A stretch of DNA of 64,000 nt. It comes from an uncultured Bacillota bacterium (GTDB lineage: Bacteria; Sysuimicrobiota; Sysuimicrobiia; Sysuimicrobiales; Segetimicrobiaceae). The stretch's first letter is position 1; the number at the start of each line of letters is the position of its first letter. Under the pieces are notes generated by a model that saw only the letters and a program-made list of their open reading frames with translations, was not told the DNA's origin and did no database searches. Positions 1 through 10,353 of the stretch are shown piece after piece. The stretch lies in NCBI GenBank assembly GCA_963804645.1, contig CAWDRG010000015.1, positions 416,001-480,000 on the forward strand, in the 5' to 3' direction. The position numbers were made by a program, and so were the translations under genes.

Positions 1-16
1 GTCGTCCGCGTCGCGG

Positions 17-655
17 CTAGTCCGGGTCCGAGATGGCGTGCGAGTAGCGCCGGAACACGGCGGCGTTCGCCGGAAAGATCAGAAGCGGCGTGTAGGACGC
101 GAGCGTCACACTGAGAAACGCCACGCCGATCGAGAGCAGAAGGATCAGCGGTGACACGAGCGTCCGCGCCATGAGGTAGTCGGCGACGGCCGGACTGACG
201 CCTGGGCTCGTGAGACCGCGCGTCCTCGCTCCTTGCCACAGCCACGCCAGCGTTAAACCCACCAGTGCGAGCGTGGCCGCATACACGATCCAGGCGGTCC
301 GCTCGTCGGCCAGCCTGGCGAAGTGCTCTTCGCCGATCAGGCTCGTCGGAAATGGAGTCAGGACGACGAACGCGAGAAACGCGAAGTTTCTCAGAAGCAA
401 CTGGCGATCATAGGCGACGATGTACGCGACGATACGATGGTACGCGATCCAGTAGATCGCGACGACGAAAAACGTGAGGCCGAAGCTGAATAATCTCGGC
501 CATAACGACAGGAGCTGCGCCGCGAGATACTCGACCGACGGGCCCAGCAGGTGCACGTCGAGGACGAGCAGGGTCATCGCCACACCGAAGATGCCGTCGC
601 TGAGGGCGGCGATGCTGGAGGAGTCGTACCGTTCGAGCACGCTTCTTGAAACCAT
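17..655 (-). CDS. TMEM175-family (DUF1211) potassium channel-like membrane protein
   Basis: LSDGIFGVAMTLLVLD first helix, F-x-V-x-x-YW-x-x-H and PFPTSLIG motifs, about 6 hydrophobic segments; start at ATG 655 (alternative 673) within ORF 17..931. Confidence 0.85.
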   Translation of the reverse strand: MVSRSVLERYDSSSIAALSDGIFGVAMTLLVLDVHLLGPSVEYLAAQLLSLWPRLFSFGLTFFVVAIYWIAYHRIVAYIVAYDRQLLLRNFAFLAFVVLTPFPTSLIGEEHFARLADERTAWIVYAATLALVGLTLAWLWQGARTRGLTSPGVSPAVADYLMARTLVSPLILLLSIGVAFLSVTLASYTPLLIFPANAAVFRRYSHAISDPD

Positions 656-756
656 GCGTCCACCCCCGACCATATGCGCGCCTTTTCGAGTTGGCACCGG
701 GCGGACCCTAGGCGGGGCCACGTGTGCGCGTGCGGGCACAGTCGCCGCGCTGTGGG

Positions 757-1200
757 TCAGCGCCGCGTCGGTGATCTCGGTGTATCCGCCTCGGGCGGCC
801 AGGCGCCGGGGTCCCCAAGCGCGCACGTGCCGCCGAAATAGCGCCGGTGCGCGGCGATCCAGTGGTACACCCATCGAATCACCCGCGTGCCCCCGGGCAG
901 CGCGCCGACAGCGATCAGAACCCACGCCCACCAGATCGACCGGATCTGGCGGGCGAGATAGATGCAGGCATCCGCTCCCCCGAGCACCCGGCCGTCATAT
1001 GCGAGAAGCCACACCTGAGAGAGCAGCTCGTCGGGCGTCACGCCGAGGCGCTCGGCCACGCCGCGCGCCTGCAGCGGTATGAGCTCGAATCCGTGCTCGC
1101 GCAGCGTGTGCCGCCATCGGGCCGCGAGCGCGGTGCACATGGAGCACTCGCCGTCGTAGAACACCCACCCGCCGCGGCGGCTCGGCGGCCGTTGGTCCAT
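757..1200 (-). CDS. DCC1-like thiol-disulfide oxidoreductase (DUF393)
   Basis: VFYDGECSMC (DxxCxxC) motif and Y-x-WIAAHR C-terminal motif; only the last 147 codons of ORF 757..2550 look real; ATG 1200 overlaps the upstream stop. Confidence 0.85.
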   Translation of the reverse strand: MDQRPPSRRGGWVFYDGECSMCTALAARWRHTLREHGFELIPLQARGVAERLGVTPDELLSQVWLLAYDGRVLGGADACIYLARQIRSIWWAWVLIAVGALPGGTRVIRWVYHWIAAHRRYFGGTCALGDPGAWPPEADTPRSPTRR

Positions 1201-2564
1201 CACGGCGGCTTGGCCCGGGTGGGCGTCGAGCTGGCACCCGGCCCGTGTGCTGCGTTCGCCACGATTCCGGCGGCCATCGCGGCGAGGCGTGCGGCACCGG
1301 TCCCGGCCGCCTCCTGCGTCACGGAGACGATCGGCGCCTGGAGTGCCGCCCCGATCCGCGCCCGCAGCGAGGGAAGGGCGGTCAGGCCGCCGGTCAGCGC
1401 ATAGCTCCGGGCGGCGACGCCGGCCGCGTGCGCATCCTCGACCAGCCGTCCGAGCGCATCGACCAGCGCCGCCGCTGCGGCCGTGTAGATCGCGTTCGCC
1501 GTCCAACCGCCCGCGCGCAGCGCTAGCACGCGCTTGGGGACTGGTGTCGGGTCGCGGTCCGGTAGCGTGAATGGCTGAGAGGTACTCGGATTGCCGCATC
1601 TCCCATTCGATCCGACGAGGGCGGCATGCCGCGCCGCGTCGGCGGGAATCGGCCCGCCGTCCAGGGCGGAGACGACCGCGTCGAGGAACCGGCCCGCGCC
1701 GGTGCATCCCCGGACCCACGCCCACGCGCCCGATGGGGCGATCGGATAGCCAAACGCGCCAGAGACGATCGACCCGGTGACGATCCGCACGACCGCGTTG
1801 GTCGACAGTGTGATGCACCCGTCTCCGTCGTCCGCGGCGCCCGCGCCGAAGGTGGCGCAGGAGCCATCCTGCGCACCGACCGCAACCGGGATGCCGCGCT
1901 CGAGCCCGAGGGCTGCCGCCGCGGCCGGGGTCAGCCGTCCTGCACACGCGTGCATCGGGCGGGAGGTCGGAAAGGCGGAGACGGGGACGCCCGCGAGGGC
2001 CGCGGCGGCCGGCGGCCACACCGGTCCTCCCGGGCCGGTCGCGTAGTCGGTCACCCAGACGTCGCACAGGCGGAGCGTCAGATAGTCGCGCAGCGCGCCG
2101 GCGCGCCGGACCAGACGGTGCCGATCCGGATAATGGCGAGCGAGCCAGCGGGCCGTCCCTACCAAGAGTGGGGCGTACGCGCACCCCAGCGGTCCGGCGG
2201 GACCCCAGCCGTCGGCGTGGTAGATGTCGCGCATCTCCGGATCGGCGCGGGTGAGCGGCGGGATGGGGTCGGCGGCGATTGCCGCCCCCCGGGCGTCGAG
2301 AAAGATCCCCGGATGGTGGCGGCACGAAGTGCCCACGGCGCGGACCTGCGTCGTGCCGGCCGGAAGCGCCGACAGCGCCGCGCGCGTCGCCTGGCAGACC
2401 GCCTGCCACCACGCGTCGAGCGCCGTGTCGTCCGGCGCCGGGCCGTGCGGTCCCGCGGGACTGGACGTCCGGCCGGCCGCCACGATCGTCCCCTGCGCGT
2501 CGCAGACGATCGCCTTGCACAGCGTCGACCCGACGTCGATGCCGAGGCACAGCGGTGCGCTCAT
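1200..2564 (-). CDS. FGGY-family carbohydrate kinase
   Basis: LGIDVGSTLCKA N-terminus, VAVGAQDG, LTGG motifs. Confidence 0.85.
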   Translation of the reverse strand: MSAPLCLGIDVGSTLCKAIVCDAQGTIVAAGRTSSPAGPHGPAPDDTALDAWWQAVCQATRAALSALPAGTTQVRAVGTSCRHHPGIFLDARGAAIAADPIPPLTRADPEMRDIYHADGWGPAGPLGCAYAPLLVGTARWLARHYPDRHRLVRRAGALRDYLTLRLCDVWVTDYATGPGGPVWPPAAAALAGVPVSAFPTSRPMHACAGRLTPAAAAALGLERGIPVAVGAQDGSCATFGAGAADDGDGCITLSTNAVVRIVTGSIVSGAFGYPIAPSGAWAWVRGCTGAGRFLDAVVSALDGGPIPADAARHAALVGSNGRCGNPSTSQPFTLPDRDPTPVPKRVLALRAGGWTANAIYTAAAAALVDALGRLVEDAHAAGVAARSYALTGGLTALPSLRARIGAALQAPIVSVTQEAAGTGAARLAAMAAGIVANAAHGPGASSTPTRAKPP

Positions 2565-2595
2565 TCAGCTCCGTGCGCGGCGGCGGCCGACCGCC

Positions 2596-3748
2596 TCACG
2601 GATCCGATCCCGGCCGAGCGGCCACGCAGGGAACGACCACCCCCGCCCGCACGGCGTAGACCGGCTCCAGCGTGTCCCGCGCCTGCTCGACCCGTCCTTC
2701 GGAGTCCCGCACCTCGACCGGGCCCGGCCGCAGCCGGAACAGGGTGACGTCTGCGCAGGCGCCCGGGTCGCAGGGTCCCGATCTCCCCATCGAGGCCGAG
2801 GGCCTGGGCCGGCCCCGCGGTCGCCGCGGCGACGACGCGGGGCAGGTCGAGTCCCAGGTGCAGCATCTTCGCCATCGTGGTCGCGAGATCATAGACCGGT
2901 CCGGCGAGGTTGCGCGCGTGCAGGTCGGTGCTGACCGCGTGGAGCGGCAGTCCCGCCGCGATCGCCCGGCGGCCGGTCTCGAACGAAAAACTCTCCGAGC
3001 CGTGGGCGAGATCGAACACAACGCCGCGGTCGACCGCGGCCGCGGCAGCCGGACTCGGACGTCCGCGCCGGTCCAGGAGGCCGCCCGGCTTGCCGTGCCA
3101 GCAGTGCGTCACGATGTCCCCGGCGTCGAGACACGCGAGCACGTCGTCGATGACGGGCGGGGCGTTGCCGATATGGCACATCACACGCGTCCCGGCGAGG
3201 CGCGCCGCCTGCGCGGCGAGCTTGACCGGGGTCACCCCCATGACGCCGCAGTGCGTGCGGCTCGCGAGGACTTTGATCCCGACGATCTCGCCGGCGTGGC
3301 GCTCGGCCATCGCGATCGTCTGCTGCTGGTTGAAGTTTTCCCAGATGCCGTGCCGCGGGGCGATCGTGGTATGGAGGGAGACGTTGAGGAACGCCAGCAC
3401 CCGCGTGGACGCGCCCGGAATGACGTAGGCGTGCATCGCGTCGTAGAGTCCGGCGCCGCACGACCCGGCGTCGACGACGGTCGTGACCCCGCGGGCGACG
3501 CCCGCGTCGCGGTCCGGATCGACGCTGGTGCGGCCGAGACGGTAGGCCACGTGGGCATGCAGATCGATCCAGCCGGCGGAGGCGATCAGCCCGGCGCCGT
3601 CGAGCGTCGAGGCGCTCATGCCGGCCGCGCGGCCCACGGCCACGATGCGTCCGCCCCGGATGCCGATGTCCGCCGGGCCGTCGAGGCGCTGCGTCGGATC
3701 GATCACGCGGGCGCCGCGGATCACGAGGTCGTACGACTCGCTCGGCAT
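2596..3748 (-). CDS. Amidohydrolase/deacetylase-family metallohydrolase (dihydroorotase-like), frameshifted near 2765
   Basis: GWIDLHAH, GVTTVVDAGS, VSTDLH motifs; C-terminus (G.CADVTLF..., LEPVYAVRAG) continues in another frame ending at 2596. Confidence 0.85.
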
Positions 3749-3861
3749 CTCAGCACCGCCTCCGGGGAAGGTTCGCGACGGCGCGCGCGCTATTCCTTGC
3801 GTCGCCGCCGGGGGCGCGTTGCGGGTCGGGGGCTCTCGCGTTACCATGAGACCGAGCGATC

Positions 3862-4770
3862 ATGCGCATCGTGTCCCTTGTGCCAAGCGCCACCGAGATC
3901 GTGTGCCGCCTCGGGCTCATCGGCGACCTGGTCGGCGTCTCCGGCGACTGCGACTATCCGGCGGAGATCGCCGGCGTGCCGGTGCTGAGCCGGCCCGTGG
4001 CCACGCCGGAACTCACGAGCGCGGCGATCGACCGGCGCATCCGCGAGGACGTGCACTCGGGGACGAGTGTCTATCACCTTGACGCGGAGACGCTGGCCCG
4101 GGTCGATCCGACCCTGATCCTGACGCAGGAACTGTGCGCGGTCTGCGCGCCGTCGTTCACGACGGTCCGGCGCGCGGCTCGGCTGCTCGAGGCGCCCGTG
4201 CGCATCGTGTCCCTGGAACCGCGCAGCCTCGCCGACGTCCTGGACAACGTTCAGCTCGTGGCGGACCTCTCGGGGATTTCCGCGCGCGGCCGCGCGGTCG
4301 TCGCCGAGCTCCGGGCACGGATCGATGCGGTCGCGGCGGGGACCGGCCCGGCGCGCCCGCGCGTCGCCGTCCTCGAATGGGTGGATCCGATCTTCGTCGG
4401 CGGGCACTGGGTGCCCGAGATGATCGCGGCGGCCGGCGGCGTCGACGTGCTCGGGGCCGCCGGGCAGCCGTCGGCGCAGGTCCCGTGGGACGCGGTGCTG
4501 GACGCGCGCCCCGAGGTGCTGATCATCGCGCCGTGCGGATTCCATCTCGCCCGGGCCCGCGAGGAGGCGGCGCTGTTGGCCCGGCGCGATGGGTGGCGCG
4601 ACCTGCCCGCAGTGCGCCGGGGGCAGGTCTACATCGTCGATGCGTCGTCGTACTTCAACCGGCCGGGACCGCGGTTAATGGACGGCCTGGAGATCCTGGC
4701 GTCCGTCCTGCGGGGGCACGGGGGCACGTTCGCACTGCCATCGGACGCGGTCGAGCCGTGGTCTGTCTGA
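3862..4770 (+). CDS. BtuF-like cobalamin/siderophore-type ABC substrate-binding protein
   Basis: MRIVSLVPSATEIV start, LEWVDP, GHWVPEM, FNRPGPRL motifs. Confidence 0.85.
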   Translation: MRIVSLVPSATEIVCRLGLIGDLVGVSGDCDYPAEIAGVPVLSRPVATPELTSAAIDRRIREDVHSGTSVYHLDAETLARVDPTLILTQELCAVCAPSFTTVRRAARLLEAPVRIVSLEPRSLADVLDNVQLVADLSGISARGRAVVAELRARIDAVAAGTGPARPRVAVLEWVDPIFVGGHWVPEMIAAAGGVDVLGAAGQPSAQVPWDAVLDARPEVLIIAPCGFHLARAREEAALLARRDGWRDLPAVRRGQVYIVDASSYFNRPGPRLMDGLEILASVLRGHGGTFALPSDAVEPWSV

Positions 4771-4818
4771 TCGTGATTGAGTGATCGGCGACATCACGCG
4801 CGACACAGGAGGACACTC

Positions 4819-5063
4819 ATGACGACGTGTCGCGCGTCGTGCTCTACGGGCTCCAGGGGCAGGTCACCGTCAACGGCCAATCGTACAACGGGGCAATGCC
4901 AGGATTTGCCTCGTCGCTGACGGATGACCAGATCAGCCAAATTCTGACCTACGTCGGGAGCTCGTGGGGCAACAACGCGTCCGCTGTCGCCGCCAGCGTG
5001 GTCGCCGCCGAGCGGGCGAACCCCGGCACCCCGGCCGACAACTACAAGAACTATCCGAAGTAA
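4819..5063 (+). pseudogene. Cytochrome c C-terminal half lacking the CxxCH heme motif
   Basis: ORF 4827..5063 has V-NG-x-YNG-x-MPGF and LTDDQISQILTYV...WGN typical of class I cytochrome c; RBS AGGAGG and ATG 4819 are out of frame with it. Confidence 0.7.
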
Positions 5064-5154
5064 CTCCGGCGTCGCGACGGCGCACCGCTTCTCGCACGGG
5101 ACGCGCGCGCCTGCGGTCGCGACGCCCAGTCTGCCGGCCCGCAGGTTGTCACGG

Positions 5155-6523
5155 TCACACGGCGATCGCGGTCCCCCGCTCGGGGACCGCCGCCGCGTAG
5201 CCGACCCCTCCGAGCTTCGCCGCCAGGGCCTCGGCCTGTGCCGCCTCCCCGTGCACGAGGACGATGCGGCCCACCGACGGCACGCGCCGGACCCACGCGG
5301 TCAGTTCGTCGCCGTCGGCGTGCGCGCTGAAGGAGGCGAGCGTGCGCACGGTCAGGCGGACCGCCTGCGGGTCTCCGAGGACGTTGACGCGGGACGCCCC
5401 CGCGGCCAGCCGGGCCCCGAGCGTGTACGGCGCCTGGTACGAGACGAACACGAGCATCGAGCGCGGGTCGCCGAGATGGTGCCGCAGGTGGTGGAGAATG
5501 CGCCCCGACTCACACATGCCCGATGTGGCGATGACGACGGATGGGCCGGAGAGATCGTTGACCGTCTTGGAGTCGTCCACGGACCGGAGATAGCGCAGCT
5601 CCCGAAATCCGAACGGATCTTCCTGCTTGAGAAAGGCCTGCGTCGCCTGGTCAAAGCACTCGGGGTGCCGACGGAAGATATCGGTCGCGTCGGCGGCCAT
5701 GGGGCTGTCGACAAACACGGGCACGGACGGGATCGCATGCGCATCCTTCTGCCGGTGGAGCGCATACGCGAGTTCCTGCGCCCGTCCGATCGCGAACGAG
5801 GGGATCAAGCACCGTGCCGCCGCGGGCCGCGGTCTCGCTGACCGCCTCGCCGAGGCGGCGTTCGCCGACGTCAATGGAGTCGTGTACGCGGTCGCCGTAG
5901 GTGGACTCCATGAGGAGGAGATCCGCCGCCGGCGGGACCGCGGGATCGCGAAGGATCGGCGTGGCGGGCCGGCCGAGGTCTCCCGTGAAGACCAGGGTCC
6001 GTCCTTCCGCCTCCACGACGATCATCGCCGATCCGAGGATGTGTCCGGCGTCGAGCAGCGTGACGCGGAGGCCGCCGATCGCCTGCGCCGTGCCGTACGG
6101 GACGGTGGCCATCCGCTCGATCACGCGGTCGACGTCGTCCTCGGTGTACAGCGGAACCGCCTCGGGCTGGCCCGGCCGCCGGTGTCGCCGGAGATAGGCC
6201 GCGTCCTGTCCTTGAATCTTCGCGCTGTCGCGCAGCACGAGCTCCGCCAGCTCGCGCGTCGCCCCGGTGCAATAAATCGATCCGGCGAAGCCGCCGCGCA
6301 CCAGGACCGGCAGATCGCCGCAGTGATCGAGGTGGGCGTGCGACAGCACCACCGCGTCGACGCTCCGGGCGTCGAACGGGAGAGTGCGGTTGATCCGGTC
6401 GGCCTCCTCGCGATGTCCCTGAAACAGGCCGCAGTCGAGCAGCAGCCGGGTGCCGCCGGCGGACGCCAGGTGCATTGAGCCGGTGACCGTGCGGACCGCG
6501 CCGTAGGGGGTGACGGTGAACAT
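5155..6523 (-). CDS. Beta-CASP metallo-beta-lactamase-fold hydrolase (YSH1-like RNA-processing family), frameshifted near 5810
   Basis: VTGS, LLDCGLFQG, SHAHLDHCG, AGHILGS, MESTYG, then IPSFAIGRAQE, SGMCESGRILHH, FSAHAD, VHGE in a second frame. Confidence 0.9.
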
Positions 6524-6650
6524 CCATGCACTCCTTGTTGGGAAGGGTCCCGCTCGTGCGCTGACGCTGCCAGCGGCCCGTCTTCCCCCGCCCAGGGATG
6601 GGCAGGACGCCATCAAAATGGCCATGGCTGGACACCACCGCGTGATTAGA

Positions 6651-6680
6651 TTGACACAAACGAACAGATTGTGCTAGCAT
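6651..6680 (+). promoter_or_regulatory. Sigma70-type promoter of the gntR operon
   Basis: TTGACA (6651-6656), 18-nt spacer, extended -10 TGcTAGCAT. Confidence 0.65.
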
Positions 6681-6696
6681 GCCGCCATGCGATGCC

Positions 6697-6711
6697 GATT
6701 GTCTGACAATC
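6697..6711. promoter_or_regulatory. Putative GntR/FadR operator
   Basis: Perfect palindrome GATTGTC-T-GACAATC just downstream of the promoter, matching the TTGT..ACAA type of FadR-subfamily site. Confidence 0.7.
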
Positions 6712-6733
6712 AGAAATCGGACAGACGCCGATA

Positions 6734-7528
6734 ATGCCACGAACCCAGCCGTTTGTCCGCCCCCCTACGCTCACAGCCACCGTGGTCGATCACATTCGGG
6801 CCGCTATTGTGCAAGGCCAGTTCAAACCAGGGGCGCCGCTCCACGAGGTCGACCTATGTAACCTGTTGGGCGTCTCGCGCGGCACCGTGCGCGAGGCGCT
6901 TCGTCAGCTCAAGGACGAGAATCTCGTGGAGATCGTGCCGCACCGTGGGGCTTGTGTCACGACGCTCTCGCCGAGACGCGCGTGGGAAATCTACACGCTC
7001 CGGGCCCAGCTCGAGCCCTACGCCGTTCGGCTCGCGCTTGAGCGCGAGGCCTATCGCGCGCAAGATCTTGAGGAATTGGACGCCCTGGTGGGGCGCCTCG
7101 GCGCGCTTGGACCGGCGGGCGATCCGATCACCGTGGTGTCCACGGACATGGAGTTCCACCGCGTCCTATGCGAGCGGAGCGAACACGCGCTCCTGATCGA
7201 CGCGCTGCGCAGACTCCGGTTTCAGACGCGTCTCTTCATTCTGAACACGCTGCTCTACCACTCAGACCGAGAGCAGGACGACCGGACGCACCGCGTCATT
7301 CTCGACATGGTCCGCGCGGGCCAGCCGGCTCCGGCCGAGGCGTGCGTCCGGGAGCATATCATCAACGCCGGGACCTACCTCGTGCACTTGATGGAAACCA
7401 CCGACGATGGGGTGGCGAGACCAACGCGGGTCGAGATGCCGCGCACGCCTTCCACCCCATTTGAGGCCGTGCCGTCGGTGCGGCGCGCAGCACTTGAACC
7501 CGCCGATGGGACGGAGCGTACACCATAG
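6734..7528 (+). CDS. GntR-family (FCD domain) transcriptional regulator
   Basis: LGVSRGTVREAL winged HTH, DMEFH and H-x-x-ILD FCD motifs. Confidence 0.92.
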   Translation: MPRTQPFVRPPTLTATVVDHIRAAIVQGQFKPGAPLHEVDLCNLLGVSRGTVREALRQLKDENLVEIVPHRGACVTTLSPRRAWEIYTLRAQLEPYAVRLALEREAYRAQDLEELDALVGRLGALGPAGDPITVVSTDMEFHRVLCERSEHALLIDALRRLRFQTRLFILNTLLYHSDREQDDRTHRVILDMVRAGQPAPAEACVREHIINAGTYLVHLMETTDDGVARPTRVEMPRTPSTPFEAVPSVRRAALEPADGTERTP

Positions 7529-7765
7529 CACCAAGGCACGGGCAAGGCCGGAGGGGGTGATGGGGGTGGCGCCGCTGGACGAGGCGGCGCGCGATGGTGG
7601 GTGAAAGCACGGTGGCGCCGAATCGTACGAAGAGTTCGCAGCCGCCGGAGCGCCGCAGGGGTGGGCGCCGGTCGTCTGGGCGGAGCACGGGTTGAGCTCG
7701 TTCGCGTTGAAGACCGAGAAGACGGATAGGCATTCGCACCGAACATATCGGGGAGGTGGTTGGGA

Positions 7766-9079
7766 ATGTCGGTGAGATACTCCCGTCGCAAGGTCTTGAA
7801 ACTTGCGGGCGCAGGTCTTGGGGGCGCGCTCATTTCGCGCAGTCTCAGGCCCAGTCTGGGCTACGCGCAGACCGGTCCGACCGAGATTGTGCATTGGAGC
7901 TGGTACTCCGCATCCGACAACACGGACTGGAGCCATCTGATCTCCACCTTCAACACCGCCAATAAGGACATGCAGATCCGGCAGGAGTTCGTGCCGGACG
8001 ACACGTACGGCACGAAGCTGCTGGCGGCGTCGGCCACCGGCAACGCCCCAGACTTCGGGACCGCGCAGAACGGCCGGACCGCGAACTGGGCCAAGCAGGG
8101 CGTGACCTACGCGCTGGAGCCGTCGCTCAAGGCGGCCGGCCTCGACCTCGCAGACTTTGATCAACGGTCCCTCGACGTGTGCACGTACTACGGCAGCCTG
8201 CACATGCTGCCGATGGATGTCTCAAGCATGGCCGTGCTGCTGAATGTGCCGTACGCGAAGGCGGCCGGCCTCGACCCGAGCAAGCCACCCAAGACCGGTG
8301 CCGAGCTCATCGAGTGGGCGCAGAAGATGACGGTCAAACAAGGCAGCACCGTCACGCGCTCGGGATGGATGTTGACGGGGTCGGGCGCCCAGCCGCTGGT
8401 GGTGTGGAGCGTCGTTGCCTATCAGATGGGCTTTCGCCGCGCCAGCCCGAACTTGAAGGAGGCCGGCCTGAACCCGGAGGCTGGCGCACGCGCGGCGCAG
8501 TGGGTGCTTGACTGTTTCGACAAGTATCAGGTGTCGACCACGCAGATCGCCGGTTCGGATCGCTACCGGGCATACGGTGCGGGCCAGGCAGCGATGTTCT
8601 TCACCGGGCCGTGGGCGATCCGAGGCTACGCCGATGCGAAACTCGATTTTGTGTCGTTCCCACTTCCGAAGATCGGGAATGACACCTCTACCTATTACGA
8701 GGTCGACGGCATCGAGATGTACACGCAGAAGGACACCGGGCGCTATAAGGCCACAGCGCAGGCGCTCAAGTGGCTGTCGGACAACAGCGTGCCCTGGGTC
8801 ACGACGGGACGCGTCGATTCCCCTCGCAAGTCCATCCGGGCGAGCGCCGCGTTCAAGAGCGGCGGATGGCCGAACGCGTACAAGGCTGGGTTTATCGACG
8901 GCATGGCGGAAGCGCAGATCACCGATATTCCGATTGTCTCCGCGGAGGACTTTGAAATCTACGGCGCGGGCATCTTCCCCGCGAAGACGATGGACTTGGT
9001 GTGGGCCAAGCAGCTGGCGCCCGCCGCGGCGATGACGCAGTTGACGCAAAAGTGGCAGGCCGATCTGAACGCCGGATAA
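7766..9079 (+). CDS. Carbohydrate ABC transporter substrate-binding protein, Tat-exported
   Basis: SRRKVLK twin-arginine signal; PKT..ELIEWAQKMT and AMFFTGPW SBP_bac_1/8-type motifs. Confidence 0.9.
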   Translation: MSVRYSRRKVLKLAGAGLGGALISRSLRPSLGYAQTGPTEIVHWSWYSASDNTDWSHLISTFNTANKDMQIRQEFVPDDTYGTKLLAASATGNAPDFGTAQNGRTANWAKQGVTYALEPSLKAAGLDLADFDQRSLDVCTYYGSLHMLPMDVSSMAVLLNVPYAKAAGLDPSKPPKTGAELIEWAQKMTVKQGSTVTRSGWMLTGSGAQPLVVWSVVAYQMGFRRASPNLKEAGLNPEAGARAAQWVLDCFDKYQVSTTQIAGSDRYRAYGAGQAAMFFTGPWAIRGYADAKLDFVSFPLPKIGNDTSTYYEVDGIEMYTQKDTGRYKATAQALKWLSDNSVPWVTTGRVDSPRKSIRASAAFKSGGWPNAYKAGFIDGMAEAQITDIPIVSAEDFEIYGAGIFPAKTMDLVWAKQLAPAAAMTQLTQKWQADLNAG

Positions 9080-9383
9080 CGAGGGTCGCGGATCGACAGC
9101 ACCGGGCGCGCGGCGCCCGGCGGACGGTGGCATCGTAGGCGGCGGCCGGCGCCGCTGATTCCCGCGGACACGAGAGGGAGGCGGCGGACTCGTCACCTCC
9201 CTCGACGTGTCCGGCGTTCGGCGGTGCCGTGGGCGGGGAGCGTGGCTCGGCCGGTGGTCGGTTGTGGATGGAACGCAGCCGCCCGCGCGGAAGGTACGTC
9301 TCCGATCGGAACCTGGCGGCGGGCGGATGACGGGGCGCCGCGCGGCTCGACGGCGTAGGTGGCTCGAAAGGTTGTGACGCACG

Positions 9384-10343
9384 GTGCAAATGCGGCGAAT
9401 CGTGCCGGGTCAGGGTGACTATCGAGTGAGCGGCCTGCCGCATCGCAGCCTGGTGTCGCGTCTCAAAACCGCGCGGTGGGCGGGCAAGCGCATCGACTGG
9501 TCCGCCTACCTGTTTATTCTTCCGTTCTTCATCCCGTTTACGGTGACGGTGCTCGGCGCGATCGGGTTCGGCGTGTTCGTGAGCTTCACCGATTGGAAAA
9601 TCATCGGGACGCCGCATTGGGTGGGGTTGAGCAACTACACGCAGGCGATGCACGACCACTGGGTCGTGGGCGCGTGGTCCAATACGGTGCGCTATGCCCT
9701 GCTCTATGTCCCGGGCACCTTGCTGGTCGCGCTGAGCATGGCCCTCTATGTCAACGGGCGGCGCCGCGGGTATGTGTTGGCCCGCGCCGCATTCTACATC
9801 CCGAACGTAATCTCCGTGACGGTCGTCGGCGTGGTGTGGGTCTGGATACTCAGCACGCAGAACGGCCTGCTGAACCAGATCCTCGGCCACTTTGGCGTCG
9901 CGCCCATTGGCTGGCTCACCGATCCGAAATGGGTCCTGATCGCGATCGCGTTGACGTCGATTTGGTGGGATGCCGGGTTCATCATGGTCCTGCTGCTTGC
10001 CGGTCTTCAAGACATTCCCAAAGAACTGCGCGAGGCGTCAAGCATCGACGGGGCCACCGGCGCGCAGACGCTGTGGCACGTCACGCTGCCGCTGCTGAGA
10101 CCTGCGCTGAGTTTGAGCTTGACGCTGCTGACCATCGCCGCGCTCAGGGTGTTCAGTCAAATCTACATCATGACCAACGGCGGTCCGGCGGATGCGTCCC
10201 AGTCGGTGATCGGGTACGTCTATGAAATGGGGTTTACGCAGTATCAGCTGGGCTATGCTGCGGCGGTCTCCATGATGCTGTTCGTGACGATTCTGATCAT
10301 TACCGCGGTGCAGCTGCGGATCTTCCGGGAGATGGCGTACTAG
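9384..10343 (+). CDS. Carbohydrate ABC transporter permease
   Basis: WVGLSNY, LAGLQDIPKELREASSIDGA EAA loop, MTNGGP; start uncertain. Confidence 0.92.
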   Translation: MQMRRIVPGQGDYRVSGLPHRSLVSRLKTARWAGKRIDWSAYLFILPFFIPFTVTVLGAIGFGVFVSFTDWKIIGTPHWVGLSNYTQAMHDHWVVGAWSNTVRYALLYVPGTLLVALSMALYVNGRRRGYVLARAAFYIPNVISVTVVGVVWVWILSTQNGLLNQILGHFGVAPIGWLTDPKWVLIAIALTSIWWDAGFIMVLLLAGLQDIPKELREASSIDGATGAQTLWHVTLPLLRPALSLSLTLLTIAALRVFSQIYIMTNGGPADASQSVIGYVYEMGFTQYQLGYAAAVSMMLFVTILIITAVQLRIFREMAY

Positions 10344-10353
10344 CGCCCGCGGC

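Noticed and set aside
757..2550. 597-aa ORF
   Set aside because: Mostly an alternative frame of the FGGY kinase; only 757..1200 has a family motif
3749..3861. Cobalamin riboswitch upstream of the BtuF-like gene
   Set aside because: The intergenic gap is only about 110 bp and no B12-box-like sequence was recognised
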